Source: a virus. From it: 64,000 bases of DNA. Below the pieces are notes generated by a model. The model did no database searches. It was not told the origin of the DNA and saw nothing but the letters and a program-made list of their open reading frames with translations. How positions within the stretch are numbered: position 1 is the stretch's first letter; the number at the start of each line of letters is the position of its first letter. This document shows, piece after piece, positions 25,459 through 34,502 of the stretch. Location: positions 19,646-83,645 of IMG/VR virus record IMGVR_UViG_3300045988_126851; one strand, 5' to 3'. The position numbers and the translations under genes were made by a program.

Positions 25459-26120
25459 GATTTATTCTTTCTTTTAGAATGAATATAGTAATGGGTTCCT
25501 TGAGTTAAGTTACGATAATTATTATAATAATCCCTAACTAAACAAATCCCAAACCCCATCATTTCGGCAATTTCTTTAACTGTAAATCCAACTTCTAGAA
25601 GTCTTGGAATATATGACCTTTGGATTTCTGTACTTTTATAATGTACACTATCGGCCCCTTTAGCTTGAATCATCCTCCCATCCCTAGAAGCTTGAGACAT
25701 ATTATCTTTTTGTGTACCCCAATAAAGATTCTCTACTCTATTATTAGTAGGTACATTATCTTTATGACATACATAAGGTAACCTTTCCGGATTTGGGATA
25801 TAGACTAAAGCCACTAATCTGTGTAATAACCAATTCTTCTTCCCTATACCTGGTTGGGATAATCCCACTATATACCTTCCATTCTTATTCAGATGGGGTT
25901 GTTTTAAGTGATACCTTTTGTTTAATATACCCTTACCATTAACATCCCACCTTGAATATATTTTACCTCTCTTAGAGATGTGGTATCCTGGATATCCTGG
26001 GATATTATCATGAAGTATTTTATTCTGATACTTACCTTCTCCATGAGTATAGATTGGAGAAGTCCAAGACAGACTACCTATCTTATTCTTGGACCTTGTA
26101 AATTGTGTTTTCTTGCTCAT
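25455..26120 (-). mobile_element. free-standing HNH homing endonuclease gene, copy 1
   Basis: HRLVALVYIPNPERLPYVCHKDNVPTNNRVENLYWGTQKDN is an HNH_3-type motif, followed by a C-terminal HTH. It is a paralog of 29902..30432, and both ends overlap neighbouring genes as ATGA. Confidence 0.85.
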
Positions 26121-26302
26121 CGTCCAAAATCTAATTCATAAAGTGAAACTTCTTGAATCTTTTCCTCTCCAAGATATACATCTAAATAATTCTCTGGTGG
26201 GCTATAAGCATCTAGATACCTAACCCTAGATTCCATTCTCAAATTTTTCTTAAGGTACTCCTTAATTACTTTCTCTATACCTTCTACCTCTTTCTTATTC
26301 AT
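26117..26302 (-). CDS. hypothetical small protein
   Basis: The internal ATG at 26302 (MNKKEVEGIEKV...) minimises overlap with the recA-like gene. Confidence 0.4.
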   Translation of the reverse strand: MNKKEVEGIEKVIKEYLKKNLRMESRVRYLDAYSPPENYLDVYLGEEKIQEVSLYELDFGR

Positions 26303-27443
26303 CGTCTTCCTCCTCCTCTTCTGAATCTGAATAGTTTTCATATTCTACACCATCGACTGGGAATAGATTTGTTTCTATTTTCTCCAGTTGTTTTTTAGTA
26401 GTACCTATTGTATTAATTTCAGCTTTACGAAGTAATTTACGACGAAGTTCATCATCTTCTTCCAATAGTTTTTGAAATTTCTCTTCTCCTCTTGCAAGGG
26501 TTTTCCCTTTAAACTTATATACTCCACCTGAGGATTTTTCGATAATGTCATTTTCTACCAATACATCCTCAAGGGCATAACATCTATCAAATCCTACTTC
26601 ATGGAACTTAGGATTAAAATAAACTGGGCATTTACTGATAGTGGGTCTTGGAGGAGCAACTTTATTTTTAATAAGCCGAATAGTAACTAACTTCCCAGCT
26701 TTCCTTTCCTTCCCCTTTTGTTTTACTGTAATGCTTCTACCTGAATAAAAAGCAGCTCTAATTGAAGCATAGAATTTAAGAGCAGCCCCACCGGTAGTGG
26801 TTGTATTATCTTTTCCAAACCCTACATTTAGAGCAGTTCTTAATTGGTTGATATAAATCTGTGTAACTCCCAGTGTATAGAATAACTCGCTTCTGATACG
26901 GAAGTATTTATATAATGCCTTAGCTCTACCCCCCATTTCTGCTTTACCCTCTACCATTTTAGAATCTATGTTATCTGCACAGTCCATAGCAGCAATAGAA
27001 TCTATCACTAAGAGAATCGGCTCATTATGAGTTAATTGTGAACGCAAATAAATTGCTAAGTCTGCTACAGCATCAGATATATATTCTATACGAGTATCAT
27101 TCAATACTGTAACTTTTTCTGGATCTACTCCATTAGTTTCTGCCCAAGAGTTCATCCAAGATTGTTCAGCATCTACCCATATTACATGACCGCCCAGTTG
27201 TTGACAAGCATAGGCAAAATTATAAGCTATTAGGGATTTTCCAGAGGATTCTTCTCCGGCTACCTCCAGGATTTTACCAAATGGGATACCTCCACCAAAA
27301 GTATAATTCAGAGAGAAGAAAGTAGAAGGCAACCAAAGATTAGATTCTACAGTTTCTGAAGCTAATCTCATCATCCCACCATATTTTTTTAATATCTCAT
27401 TTTTTGTAGGTACCTTTAAGCCTACCTTAGATTTCTTAACCAT
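26295..27443 (-). CDS. recA: RecA/UvsX-family recombinase
   Basis: Walker A GEESSGKS, Walker B LLVIDSIAA, a RecA-like core and an acidic C-terminal tail (SDSEEEEEDDE). Confidence 0.9.
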   Translation of the reverse strand: MVKKSKVGLKVPTKNEILKKYGGMMRLASETVESNLWLPSTFFSLNYTFGGGIPFGKILEVAGEESSGKSLIAYNFAYACQQLGGHVIWVDAEQSWMNSWAETNGVDPEKVTVLNDTRIEYISDAVADLAIYLRSQLTHNEPILLVIDSIAAMDCADNIDSKMVEGKAEMGGRAKALYKYFRIRSELFYTLGVTQIYINQLRTALNVGFGKDNTTTTGGAALKFYASIRAAFYSGRSITVKQKGKERKAGKLVTIRLIKNKVAPPRPTISKCPVYFNPKFHEVGFDRCYALEDVLVENDIIEKSSGGVYKFKGKTLARGEEKFQKLLEEDDELRRKLLRKAEINTIGTTKKQLEKIETNLFPVDGVEYENYSDSEEEEEDDE

Positions 27444-27533
27444 AATGTAAAGTATTTAAATGAAAAGAGAGGATAACCGAACGAATCTAATTACCCTCTC
27501 TACCCAACAACAAACATAAATTACTAACACCAA

Positions 27534-28337
27534 TTAGATATCTGAACGATATTTTCTTTTCTTTTTCTTTGGTTCATCGTCTTCCATATAGTGATCTTTA
27601 TGGATCCCCTTTTTCTTCTTTTTCTTTGGTTCTTCGTCCTCATCATCACCATGATCTTCTTTTAAGAATTTTGCCAAAATCTCTTCTAGTTCTTCATAGG
27701 ACTTAATTTGAGAACGAACTATGGATTCCAAATCCAATTGACCCTGATACTTCTTGTCCAATTTAGTAGGTTTGCACTGAGTAGCAGAATAAGTGGTATC
27801 AAATTTACCAGAACCAGATCTCTTGATCTTAATATCATATCCAGTTTTATAATCAGTCATATCACCGGCCTCGTCTTCATCGAGGTAAAGGTCAATAATA
27901 TCCTGATATACAGATGATGGCACTAATACTCCCTTATCCTTACCTTCATATCCAACTTTAGTACCTTTCTCATCGTCATAAACGATTCCGCCAATAACAT
28001 ATCTTCTACGAGGTACTATCAATTTAGCAAGGTTCTTATCATCGTCATCCTTAGAACTTTTCAATTCCTGGTATTTTTCCATGAAAGGGCATGGTTCATC
28101 AAAAGTAGCTGGAGATATTACTCCTCCAAGATCTCCTCCCAAATAGAATTGAACAATTTCTATACCCAATTCTTGGTCATCACCTGGAGATTTAATTCTC
28201 ATTCTAAGTGTTCCCTCTTTGGGATATACTAATCCCCCTCCGTTTCCTCTGGATTCTAATTTCTTCTTTCTTGCAAGCATCTTATCTCGAGTAGAACTAC
28301 CCTCTGAAGAAAGCTTTTTCTTTTTGTCTTTTACCAT
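27534..28337 (-). CDS. putative ssDNA-binding protein (gp32-like architecture)
   Basis: Inferred from position next to the recombinase, a basic N-terminus (MVKDKKKKLSS) and acidic and basic C-terminal tails. No definitive motif was recognised. Confidence 0.4.
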   Translation of the reverse strand: MVKDKKKKLSSEGSSTRDKMLARKKKLESRGNGGGLVYPKEGTLRMRIKSPGDDQELGIEIVQFYLGGDLGGVISPATFDEPCPFMEKYQELKSSKDDDDKNLAKLIVPRRRYVIGGIVYDDEKGTKVGYEGKDKGVLVPSSVYQDIIDLYLDEDEAGDMTDYKTGYDIKIKRSGSGKFDTTYSATQCKPTKLDKKYQGQLDLESIVRSQIKSYEELEEILAKFLKEDHGDDEDEEPKKKKKKGIHKDHYMEDDEPKKKKRKYRSDI

Positions 28338-28349
28338 AATATTTAAAAT

Positions 28350-28742
28350 TTAATTGTTGTTAGCCTCTGAATAGATGATCTCATTCAAACTTAACACTGT
28401 AACGATATTCTTTTCTAGAATATTCTTTACGGATTCTGGCCAATCCGGTCTGATCTCAAATTCCAATTCTTTACCAGCATACATACCGTAAGTAACTACT
28501 CTACCAATCTCCGTAAGATCGGTATAAGTTTTATATTCTTCAGTTATAGTACCTCTTTTAACTACTACTCCCTTTCTGGGAACTCCCTCAGAAACAGTCC
28601 CGGGTATAATGATACCGGACTTGGTTGTGTTAATATCTTTCGGAGATACTATCAAAACCCGATTTTCTGTTGGTAAACCAGGTAGAGTTTTATTAAAAAG
28701 CTCTGCTACCATAGTTGAAATGAAGTTTAGTGAGTAAATCAT
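28350..28742 (-). CDS. GroES-like co-chaperonin
   Basis: NRVLIVSPKDINTTKSGIIIPGTVSEGVPRKGVVVKRG...G..V.Y follows the GroES pattern (drvlv......t.gGi.lp......k...g.VvavG). Confidence 0.55.
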   Translation of the reverse strand: MIYSLNFISTMVAELFNKTLPGLPTENRVLIVSPKDINTTKSGIIIPGTVSEGVPRKGVVVKRGTITEEYKTYTDLTEIGRVVTYGMYAGKELEFEIRPDWPESVKNILEKNIVTVLSLNEIIYSEANNN

Positions 28743-28787
28743 AATTGTATGTTAATTAATTAGTTATGTAATTGAATATAGTTATCT

Positions 28788-29276
28788 CTATCCTTTTCGA
28801 AGATTGGCATTAATAGTACGAAGTATATTTTCTCGTGACTCATAAGCTCTACATATAGCTATGAACTTATTTGATTTCTCTACAGCTTTCAAATACCTTT
28901 GATATAGTGATTTATATTTCGGATTTATATTTGCCTTATGAGATACATAATCATTGTTAAATCTCTCATTCGAATCCTTTATATAAATCCAAGCAGCAGA
29001 ATAGGCTTCATCTTTTTCTCTTGCTAGAGCATCTCTTTCTTTTATATATTTATCTCTTAGAGAAGCTAATACATAATAACTAGAAGGAGATTCTCGTAGC
29101 TGAGAATTGATAATATTCTCATTGATAGATAACTCTTTTTGAATATCTATTTCGATGGTTTTACCCTCGAATTTAACCTTGAGTTTTTTCAGTTCTGTCT
29201 TCATAAACTTCCAATAGGTCTTTAAAGTCTTCTTTACTAAATTTACCTTTACTGATTGCTTTAGTAACTTGAGCAA
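28788..29276 (-). CDS. hypothetical protein
   Basis: 162-aa ORF. An alternative ATG at 29204 would reduce the overlap with the upstream gene. Confidence 0.5.
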   Translation of the reverse strand: MLKLLKQSVKVNLVKKTLKTYWKFMKTELKKLKVKFEGKTIEIDIQKELSINENIINSQLRESPSSYYVLASLRDKYIKERDALAREKDEAYSAAWIYIKDSNERFNNDYVSHKANINPKYKSLYQRYLKAVEKSNKFIAICRAYESRENILRTINANLRKG

Positions 29277-29703
29277 AAGCAGTTTGATAAGCTAATTTCA
29301 TACCGGGTAACTTAAGAAGAGACTTGTATACACTTAACTTATCTACTAAAGCCATTAATCTCAAATCGCATAAAGAATCGGTTCCTCCTCTATCTAATAA
29401 CAATAGGAAAGCTGTCCAATAAATATGAGTAGCGTCCTCATAAGCTAATTTACCCTCTTCGTCTTTTGCCATTACCTTAAAAGCCATACCCTCTAAGGTA
29501 TAAAGGTTTGATTGAAGTTGAGATATTTGGGATTTTATACGATTGAATAACATCTTCTCTGGTCCACTTATATGTAAATTCTTGGCATCTAGATATTTAT
29601 TCAAGTTCTCTATGGAATAATTTAAGCATCCTGCTACCATATAAGTAAGTGCAGTTAATTGGCTTGCTTTTTTAAACTCTTCTGTTGTTGCCATGGGATT
29701 CAT
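29173..29703 (-). CDS. hypothetical protein
   Basis: 176-aa ORF. Confidence 0.55.
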   Translation of the reverse strand: MNPMATTEEFKKASQLTALTYMVAGCLNYSIENLNKYLDAKNLHISGPEKMLFNRIKSQISQLQSNLYTLEGMAFKVMAKDEEGKLAYEDATHIYWTAFLLLLDRGGTDSLCDLRLMALVDKLSVYKSLLKLPGMKLAYQTAFAQVTKAISKGKFSKEDFKDLLEVYEDRTEKTQG

Positions 29704-29720
29704 AAATTTAATTTATTTAT

Positions 29721-29942
29721 TTATGTAGACATAGTATCTTCTCTTTTCGCTTCTGTAATGGTAGATACTGAATCTAAATGATTTATATAGGTTTTACAAT
29801 TTGGGCATTGTATTACCTTAAAAATACAACTATTTAATTTATCGTAAACTCTAAAAGTTTCACTGGTATCATATTCAAATTCGCAATCACATACTGGGCA
29901 TTTAGCCCTCCATACCGTGGGCCCGTTTAAAATCTTCTTCAT
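29721..29942 (-). CDS. small zinc-ribbon protein
   Basis: 73 aa with CPVCDC and CPNC pairs. Its first 7 codons are duplicated at the start of the HNH gene. Confidence 0.55.
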   Translation of the reverse strand: MKKILNGPTVWRAKCPVCDCEFEYDTSETFRVYDKLNSCIFKVIQCPNCKTYINHLDSVSTITEAKREDTMST

Positions 29943-30432
29943 AACGTTTTCTTTTCTTAATATATTTATATACTAACATTGGTGATATCCCATACTTCCT
30001 AGCAAGTTTTGCTTTTATCATACCAGTATCATACTCATAAAGTAATTGAAGTATATCGGGTCTACTTAACTTTGTATCTGAAAATTTAAACCTACCATCT
30101 CTAATACATTGTTGAGTATTTTCCTTAGCAGTACCCCAATATAAGTTCTTATAATGATTATGAGTTCTTATATTATCCTTATGACATACATACTTATGAT
30201 TATTTGGGTTTGGTACATATACTAATGCTACTAATTGATGAATGTTATAAGTATACCTATATCCATTCGTATCCCTAATAGAAACTATAACGTATCCGTT
30301 ATTTTTAATTCGATTAAGGGATAATTTTACCCAACCTTTACCCTTATAATTAGAATATACCTTACCATTCTTGGTAACATGGTAATTAGGGCAACCAATG
30401 CAATCTAAGTTTCCCTTTAAAATCTTCCTCAT
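29902..30432 (-). mobile_element. free-standing HNH homing endonuclease gene, copy 2
   Basis: HQLVALVYVPNPNNHKYVCHKDNIRTHNHYKNLYWGTAKEN plus a C-terminal HTH. It is flanked by 21-nt near-identical direct repeats (29923-29943 and 30413-30433). Confidence 0.85.
29923..29943. repeat. direct repeat flanking the HNH gene (downstream copy)
   Basis: ccgtttaaaatcttcttcata matches ccctttaaaatcttcctcata at 30413-30433 at 19 of 21 positions. Confidence 0.9.
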
Positions 30433-33400
30433 ACTGCTTTATCTCTTTACTAAACAATTTAGGATAATCCTTAATGATTACATTCTTATACTTCTTATGT
30501 TCTTCCATATACTCCTCTACTGAGAAATCTGGTTGAAGCATCTTTCTATAATCATACCCAGGAATAAAAGGTAATTCTTCTGCCATTGACCTACCAATAG
30601 AGAAGTCCATTGACATATCTACATCATCCACTTGAAAACCAAAATATTTCTTAGTACTGGGGTTTCTCAATATATCCCATATTTTAAAAACAGTCCAAGT
30701 ATTAATATATTCAGGCTTTGAGTAAAAATAGGCTGCATCATGAACAGTTGCTACTTCAAGCATACGTGGTAATTTACCTTGCCTCATTAACCAATAAACG
30801 AGAATAGCTCCGAAGTTGGTCATATTTGCTGCAGCACCCTGGCAATTACCAGTGATTAAAGTTCTATATCGTTTATCTTCACCAATTACCCTTGTAAAGA
30901 AAGCCCCAGATTTTACAGTAGGACACCATACTTTACCTACATACTTCTCTTTCGTTAAATTATTCTCTAAATTGTAAGTATTCTTGGTGTTTACTGATTT
31001 CCTAAAATTAGAGAATTTTACTCCATAACTAGTTTTAGTGGCCCGTACAAACTCTTGACCATATTTACTTGGTTTCTTATCTTTAAAATGAGATATGTCA
31101 CCTTCATGTGATAATTCATACATACTTGAGGTGTTGTTACAAAGTACTACCAAAGCCTGAAGTAATTCTCCTTGAGTTTTATCTCCGGTTGCCCATACCG
31201 ACCAACCATCCCCTAACCTCATATTCTCTAATAAGATACTTAATTGAGGGTTAGTTAATCGAGTTAATAACTTCATATTTAACTTACGTTCAGGAACTAA
31301 CCTATTAAGTTTATAAACAAATCCTGGGTCTCTTATTTCCCATATCACTTGATTCTTTTCTCTACGGGAGAATTCTACATCTAATTCTTCCATGATAGAA
31401 TCAATGGTATCTACCTTGTGGGGATTTGCAGTATTACTCTGACATATTCTTACTATGTTACCATTCTTCAGATGACCATCAGTAAGATACCAACCTAAAA
31501 AAGCTACATAAGCATCCGAATATCTAGCTTTCACTTGATTGTTATGAGGAGCTCTTATTGGGATAGCATAAGGTTTATCTGAATTGTATAATTCTTCAGA
31601 AGTTAATACTTCGGTATTATCTAATTTAGATATTTTATTTGGTTTAGTAACTACCCATCTATGGTCTGGAGTTGATAATACGTCTAGATGTTTTGTCTTT
31701 AACCGAATCATATCTCCATCATAATCAAATACATTTACCCTTTCAACCTTTTGCCATTCTGATTCTCCTATGTCCCGATTAAAAGCTAATATCTCATCAC
31801 CAACCTTTAAATCTTCATAATTTACCCATCCCTTAGTTTTACTAAGAGCCTGAGATGAGGGTAATAAGCAAGGAAAATTAAGACCTAAACGAATTGCATA
31901 AGCAACTTCTTGCTTATCATTTGAATATATTTGTGGGAGTCTTCGCTTAGTACCAAATAACTGTGTATAATACCCATGCTTACGCAGGAATTTCTCTTGT
32001 TTCTCTTTGAACTTAAGTATTTTAGGATGTTTCTTAAAGAACTCATCCATCTCTTTACGAGCTTCCTCCTTGGTAACTATAATACCAGCTTTTGGGTCTG
32101 ATAATTTTACTGCTAGCAAAGCATCTCCAATCCCATAAATAAGGCCAAATGCAATTTGCTTTGCTTGCTTTCTCCTTACCTTCCAAATCTTATGGTCAGG
32201 ATGACTTTCGTCTTCGTATATTTTACTTGCTTCCTCAATTGGAACCCCATATTTTGCTGCTGCTATACCAAGGTGAGGGTCTACTCCCTTAGCAAATGCT
32301 TCTAGATAGGTTTCATCCCCAGATAGATGAGCCATCATTCTTAACTCTGCCTGTGAGTAGTCGAATGCCATATATAGATAACCTGGAGGAGCAACCAATT
32401 GTTTCTTAATATTTGGGTCTACTGATGTCTTGGGTATTTGCTGCATATTTGGGTCAGCAGAACTAAAACGATTAGAGTCCGTACCATGTATATTATACCT
32501 ACCATGTAATCGGGAATCATCTTGTACCTTTTCCCACCATCCATAAATATAGGTCTTATACATTTTCTCTAACCCTCGTAATTCAAGAAGTTTATCAAGA
32601 AATATGGCCTTTGGTGAATCTGGCTTTTTAATGGTTAGCCTAAGATTAGTAAGGGTTTCTTCATCTGTACTTGGTTTACCAGATTCATTCTCTTTAATTA
32701 CATCGAAATGAAAACCATCCTCTGAATACATCAATGCAGGTAAATCAACTGGACTACCCAAATTAATGGGTCTTATTAATTCTTGTTCCTTTTTAGTTGT
32801 GAATATACCTGCTTTGATATTTGAGATTTTCTGTTCCCTTGATGCAATCTTTCGTTTGTCTTTTGGGTCATTATAATCTAACTCCTCAAGTTCAGCTTCT
32901 ATAAATTGGATATACTTGTCAATCTTTTCTTGGTTATACTTCTTTTCGAATTTCTTTACTCTGGGTAAGTCATATATTGCTTGTCTAGCAGCATCTATTT
33001 TTGGTTTATACTCTTCCAAAAGCTTTTTATTGAACTCAGTATCTAGATATAATCCCTCTTTCTCTACTGAAGTAAGTACTCGTGAATTACACATAAATAA
33101 ATTACGGAATACCGAATACATACCCAAGTCAATCAACTTCTTTTCAAAGAATATCATTAACCTAAGAGTATAATCCGTATCTTGACACCCATAATGGCAA
33201 AGTGGATCTAATTCTTTTTCATCCCAAGGTATTTTATCAAAGGCATCTTGTTTTTCATAATTACCATACTCAGGTAAATACCTTCTTACCATTGACTTTA
33301 GGTCATGAGGTTTTTCTTCATTGAGAACATATTTTGCAAGCATACCATCTAAACATGTACCCCTATAAAATATTTGATACTTTTGGTTTATCTGGTCATC

Positions 33401-33709
33401 AAACTTCCAGTTCCATGCAACCTTTACAATATCATAATTCTCAATTACCTCTTCCCCAAATTTCCTTAGCATCTTTTTCCAATTCCAACCTGGTGAAGTA
33501 TAATCTTTTGTTTCGAAATGGTCTAAAGGAATGGAAGCACCAAACCCTGGCATCCAGGATACTGAGAGTATAGTTGGCTTAAAATCCCTATTATATAGGG
33601 GTTTTGCATTCGATTCGTAGTCACAGCAAGCATAACCTGTAGCTTTACAACAAGCAATAAGTTTCTTAAGCTCTCTCTTATTTTTTATTATTGTATACCG
33701 TGTCTCCAT
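30386..33709 (-). CDS. polA: family-A DNA polymerase with 3'-5' exonuclease domain, interrupted by an intein
   Basis: Exo motifs are CDYESN, NWKFDDQ and YGCQDTDY. Pol motif A is AFDYSQAELRMMAH, motif B is RRKQAKQIAFGLIYG and motif C is TVHDAAY. The conserved N.P.QG.AA segment is split as NFP / intein / CQGAAAN. Confidence 0.95.
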   Translation of the reverse strand: METRYTIIKNKRELKKLIACCKATGYACCDYESNAKPLYNRDFKPTILSVSWMPGFGASIPLDHFETKDYTSPGWNWKKMLRKFGEEVIENYDIVKVAWNWKFDDQINQKYQIFYRGTCLDGMLAKYVLNEEKPHDLKSMVRRYLPEYGNYEKQDAFDKIPWDEKELDPLCHYGCQDTDYTLRLMIFFEKKLIDLGMYSVFRNLFMCNSRVLTSVEKEGLYLDTEFNKKLLEEYKPKIDAARQAIYDLPRVKKFEKKYNQEKIDKYIQFIEAELEELDYNDPKDKRKIASREQKISNIKAGIFTTKKEQELIRPINLGSPVDLPALMYSEDGFHFDVIKENESGKPSTDEETLTNLRLTIKKPDSPKAIFLDKLLELRGLEKMYKTYIYGWWEKVQDDSRLHGRYNIHGTDSNRFSSADPNMQQIPKTSVDPNIKKQLVAPPGYLYMAFDYSQAELRMMAHLSGDETYLEAFAKGVDPHLGIAAAKYGVPIEEASKIYEDESHPDHKIWKVRRKQAKQIAFGLIYGIGDALLAVKLSDPKAGIIVTKEEARKEMDEFFKKHPKILKFKEKQEKFLRKHGYYTQLFGTKRRLPQIYSNDKQEVAYAIRLGLNFPCLLPSSQALSKTKGWVNYEDLKVGDEILAFNRDIGESEWQKVERVNVFDYDGDMIRLKTKHLDVLSTPDHRWVVTKPNKISKLDNTEVLTSEELYNSDKPYAIPIRAPHNNQVKARYSDAYVAFLGWYLTDGHLKNGNIVRICQSNTANPHKVDTIDSIMEELDVEFSRREKNQVIWEIRDPGFVYKLNRLVPERKLNMKLLTRLTNPQLSILLENMRLGDGWSVWATGDKTQGELLQALVVLCNNTSSMYELSHEGDISHFKDKKPSKYGQEFVRATKTSYGVKFSNFRKSVNTKNTYNLENNLTKEKYVGKVWCPTVKSGAFFTRVIGEDKRYRTLITGNCQGAAANMTNFGAILVYWLMRQGKLPRMLEVATVHDAAYFYSKPEYINTWTVFKIWDILRNPSTKKYFGFQVDDVDMSMDFSIGRSMAEELPFIPGYDYRKMLQPDFSVEEYMEEHKKYKNVIIKDYPKLFSKEIKQYEEDFKGKLRLHWLP
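30413..30433. repeat. direct repeat flanking the HNH gene (upstream copy)
   Basis: See 29923-29943. This copy contains the HNH start codon and the YEEDFK codons of the polymerase. Confidence 0.9.
30845..31870 (-). mobile_element. intein (342 aa) with LAGLIDADG homing-endonuclease domain inside polA
   Basis: Starts CLLPSSQ... (aa 614). Block B is STPDHRW. The LAGLIDADG motifs are FLGWYLTDGH and LLENMRLGDGW. It ends ...RTLITGN (aa 955) followed by the +1 Cys of CQGAAAN. It is in frame with the host ORF. Confidence 0.85.
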
Positions 33710-33764
33710 GTTTTAAAATAGAAAGAGGGACATACCCACCAGTAGTAGATACATCCCTCGTATA

Positions 33765-34502
33765 TTAGTATTTCTCTTGTAAGTCTTCCAAATTAGAAGC
33801 TAATGCTGTCCAATCTTTCTTATAAGCATGAAGAGAATCAATAGTGTGATACAAGTAGCCAGGTTTTACTCCCACCTCTTTAGCTACATATTTCATTAAT
33901 CTCCATGCAAGGTATACGTCGTTACCGAAATGAATTATAAAATCTGAGCTTCTTTGGTGATAGCAAATGTGTAATACCTTCTCTCCCTTACTATTCTCTC
34001 GGATAAGGAAATCATAGTACATAGAGCAGGGTATACGTTTATTACCATGGTAATAAAGAGTATCATCTTCACCATTACCATTAAATATAGGTAATACCGC
34101 TTTACGAGTATCAGAATCTGATCTTAGTAATTGTATGGTATATGGAAGAATTGCCATCCTTTCGTTATAGGTATAATCAAATTTACCATCTACCAAAAAC
34201 TGTTCCCATAAGTCTTTTCTTAATTCCCAAGCTTTGCCCGGGTTAATTACCTTAGAAGTATTAATCCTTTCTTGGAACTCAGCATCTGCCCACTCCTTTG
34301 AATGAGAGAATACGAATAACCATACTGGGTCTCCAAGTGAAGTTAAGCAATATTGTTGGCAAATGAGTTCTTTTGTAATAAAATCCTCATTACCTTCAAT
34401 CCTCTTATTCTGATAGGTCTTTGGTTTTACAGTTTGACCATAACTGTTGAGTTCTCTGCCCATTTCAGACATTAACTCAAACGAATTACTGTATATCCGC
34501 AT
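33765..34502 (-). CDS. thymidylate-synthase-family pyrimidine (hydroxy)methyltransferase
   Basis: TRKAVLPIFN, the catalytic-Cys segment RIPCSMYYDF, and LHICYHQRSSDFIIHFGNDVYLAWRLMKYVAKEVGVKPGYLYHTIDSLHAY all parallel ThyA motifs (sRR.i.s.WN, PCH..fQF, lyQRS.D..lG.PFNi.sY.lL, G...h..Gd.HiY). It is clearly divergent from canonical ThyA. Confidence 0.75.
   Translation of the reverse strand: MRIYSNSFELMSEMGRELNSYGQTVKPKTYQNKRIEGNEDFITKELICQQYCLTSLGDPVWLFVFSHSKEWADAEFQERINTSKVINPGKAWELRKDLWEQFLVDGKFDYTYNERMAILPYTIQLLRSDSDTRKAVLPIFNGNGEDDTLYYHGNKRIPCSMYYDFLIRENSKGEKVLHICYHQRSSDFIIHFGNDVYLAWRLMKYVAKEVGVKPGYLYHTIDSLHAYKKDWTALASNLEDLQEKY

Noticed and set aside
27466-27510. Weak hairpins with 6-7 bp stems and loops of 20 nt or more, here and at ~33721-33760, ~58101-58137, ~16114-16145 and ~44223-44244
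   Set aside because: The stems are short, the loops are long and there is no T-run. This is not enough to call terminators.
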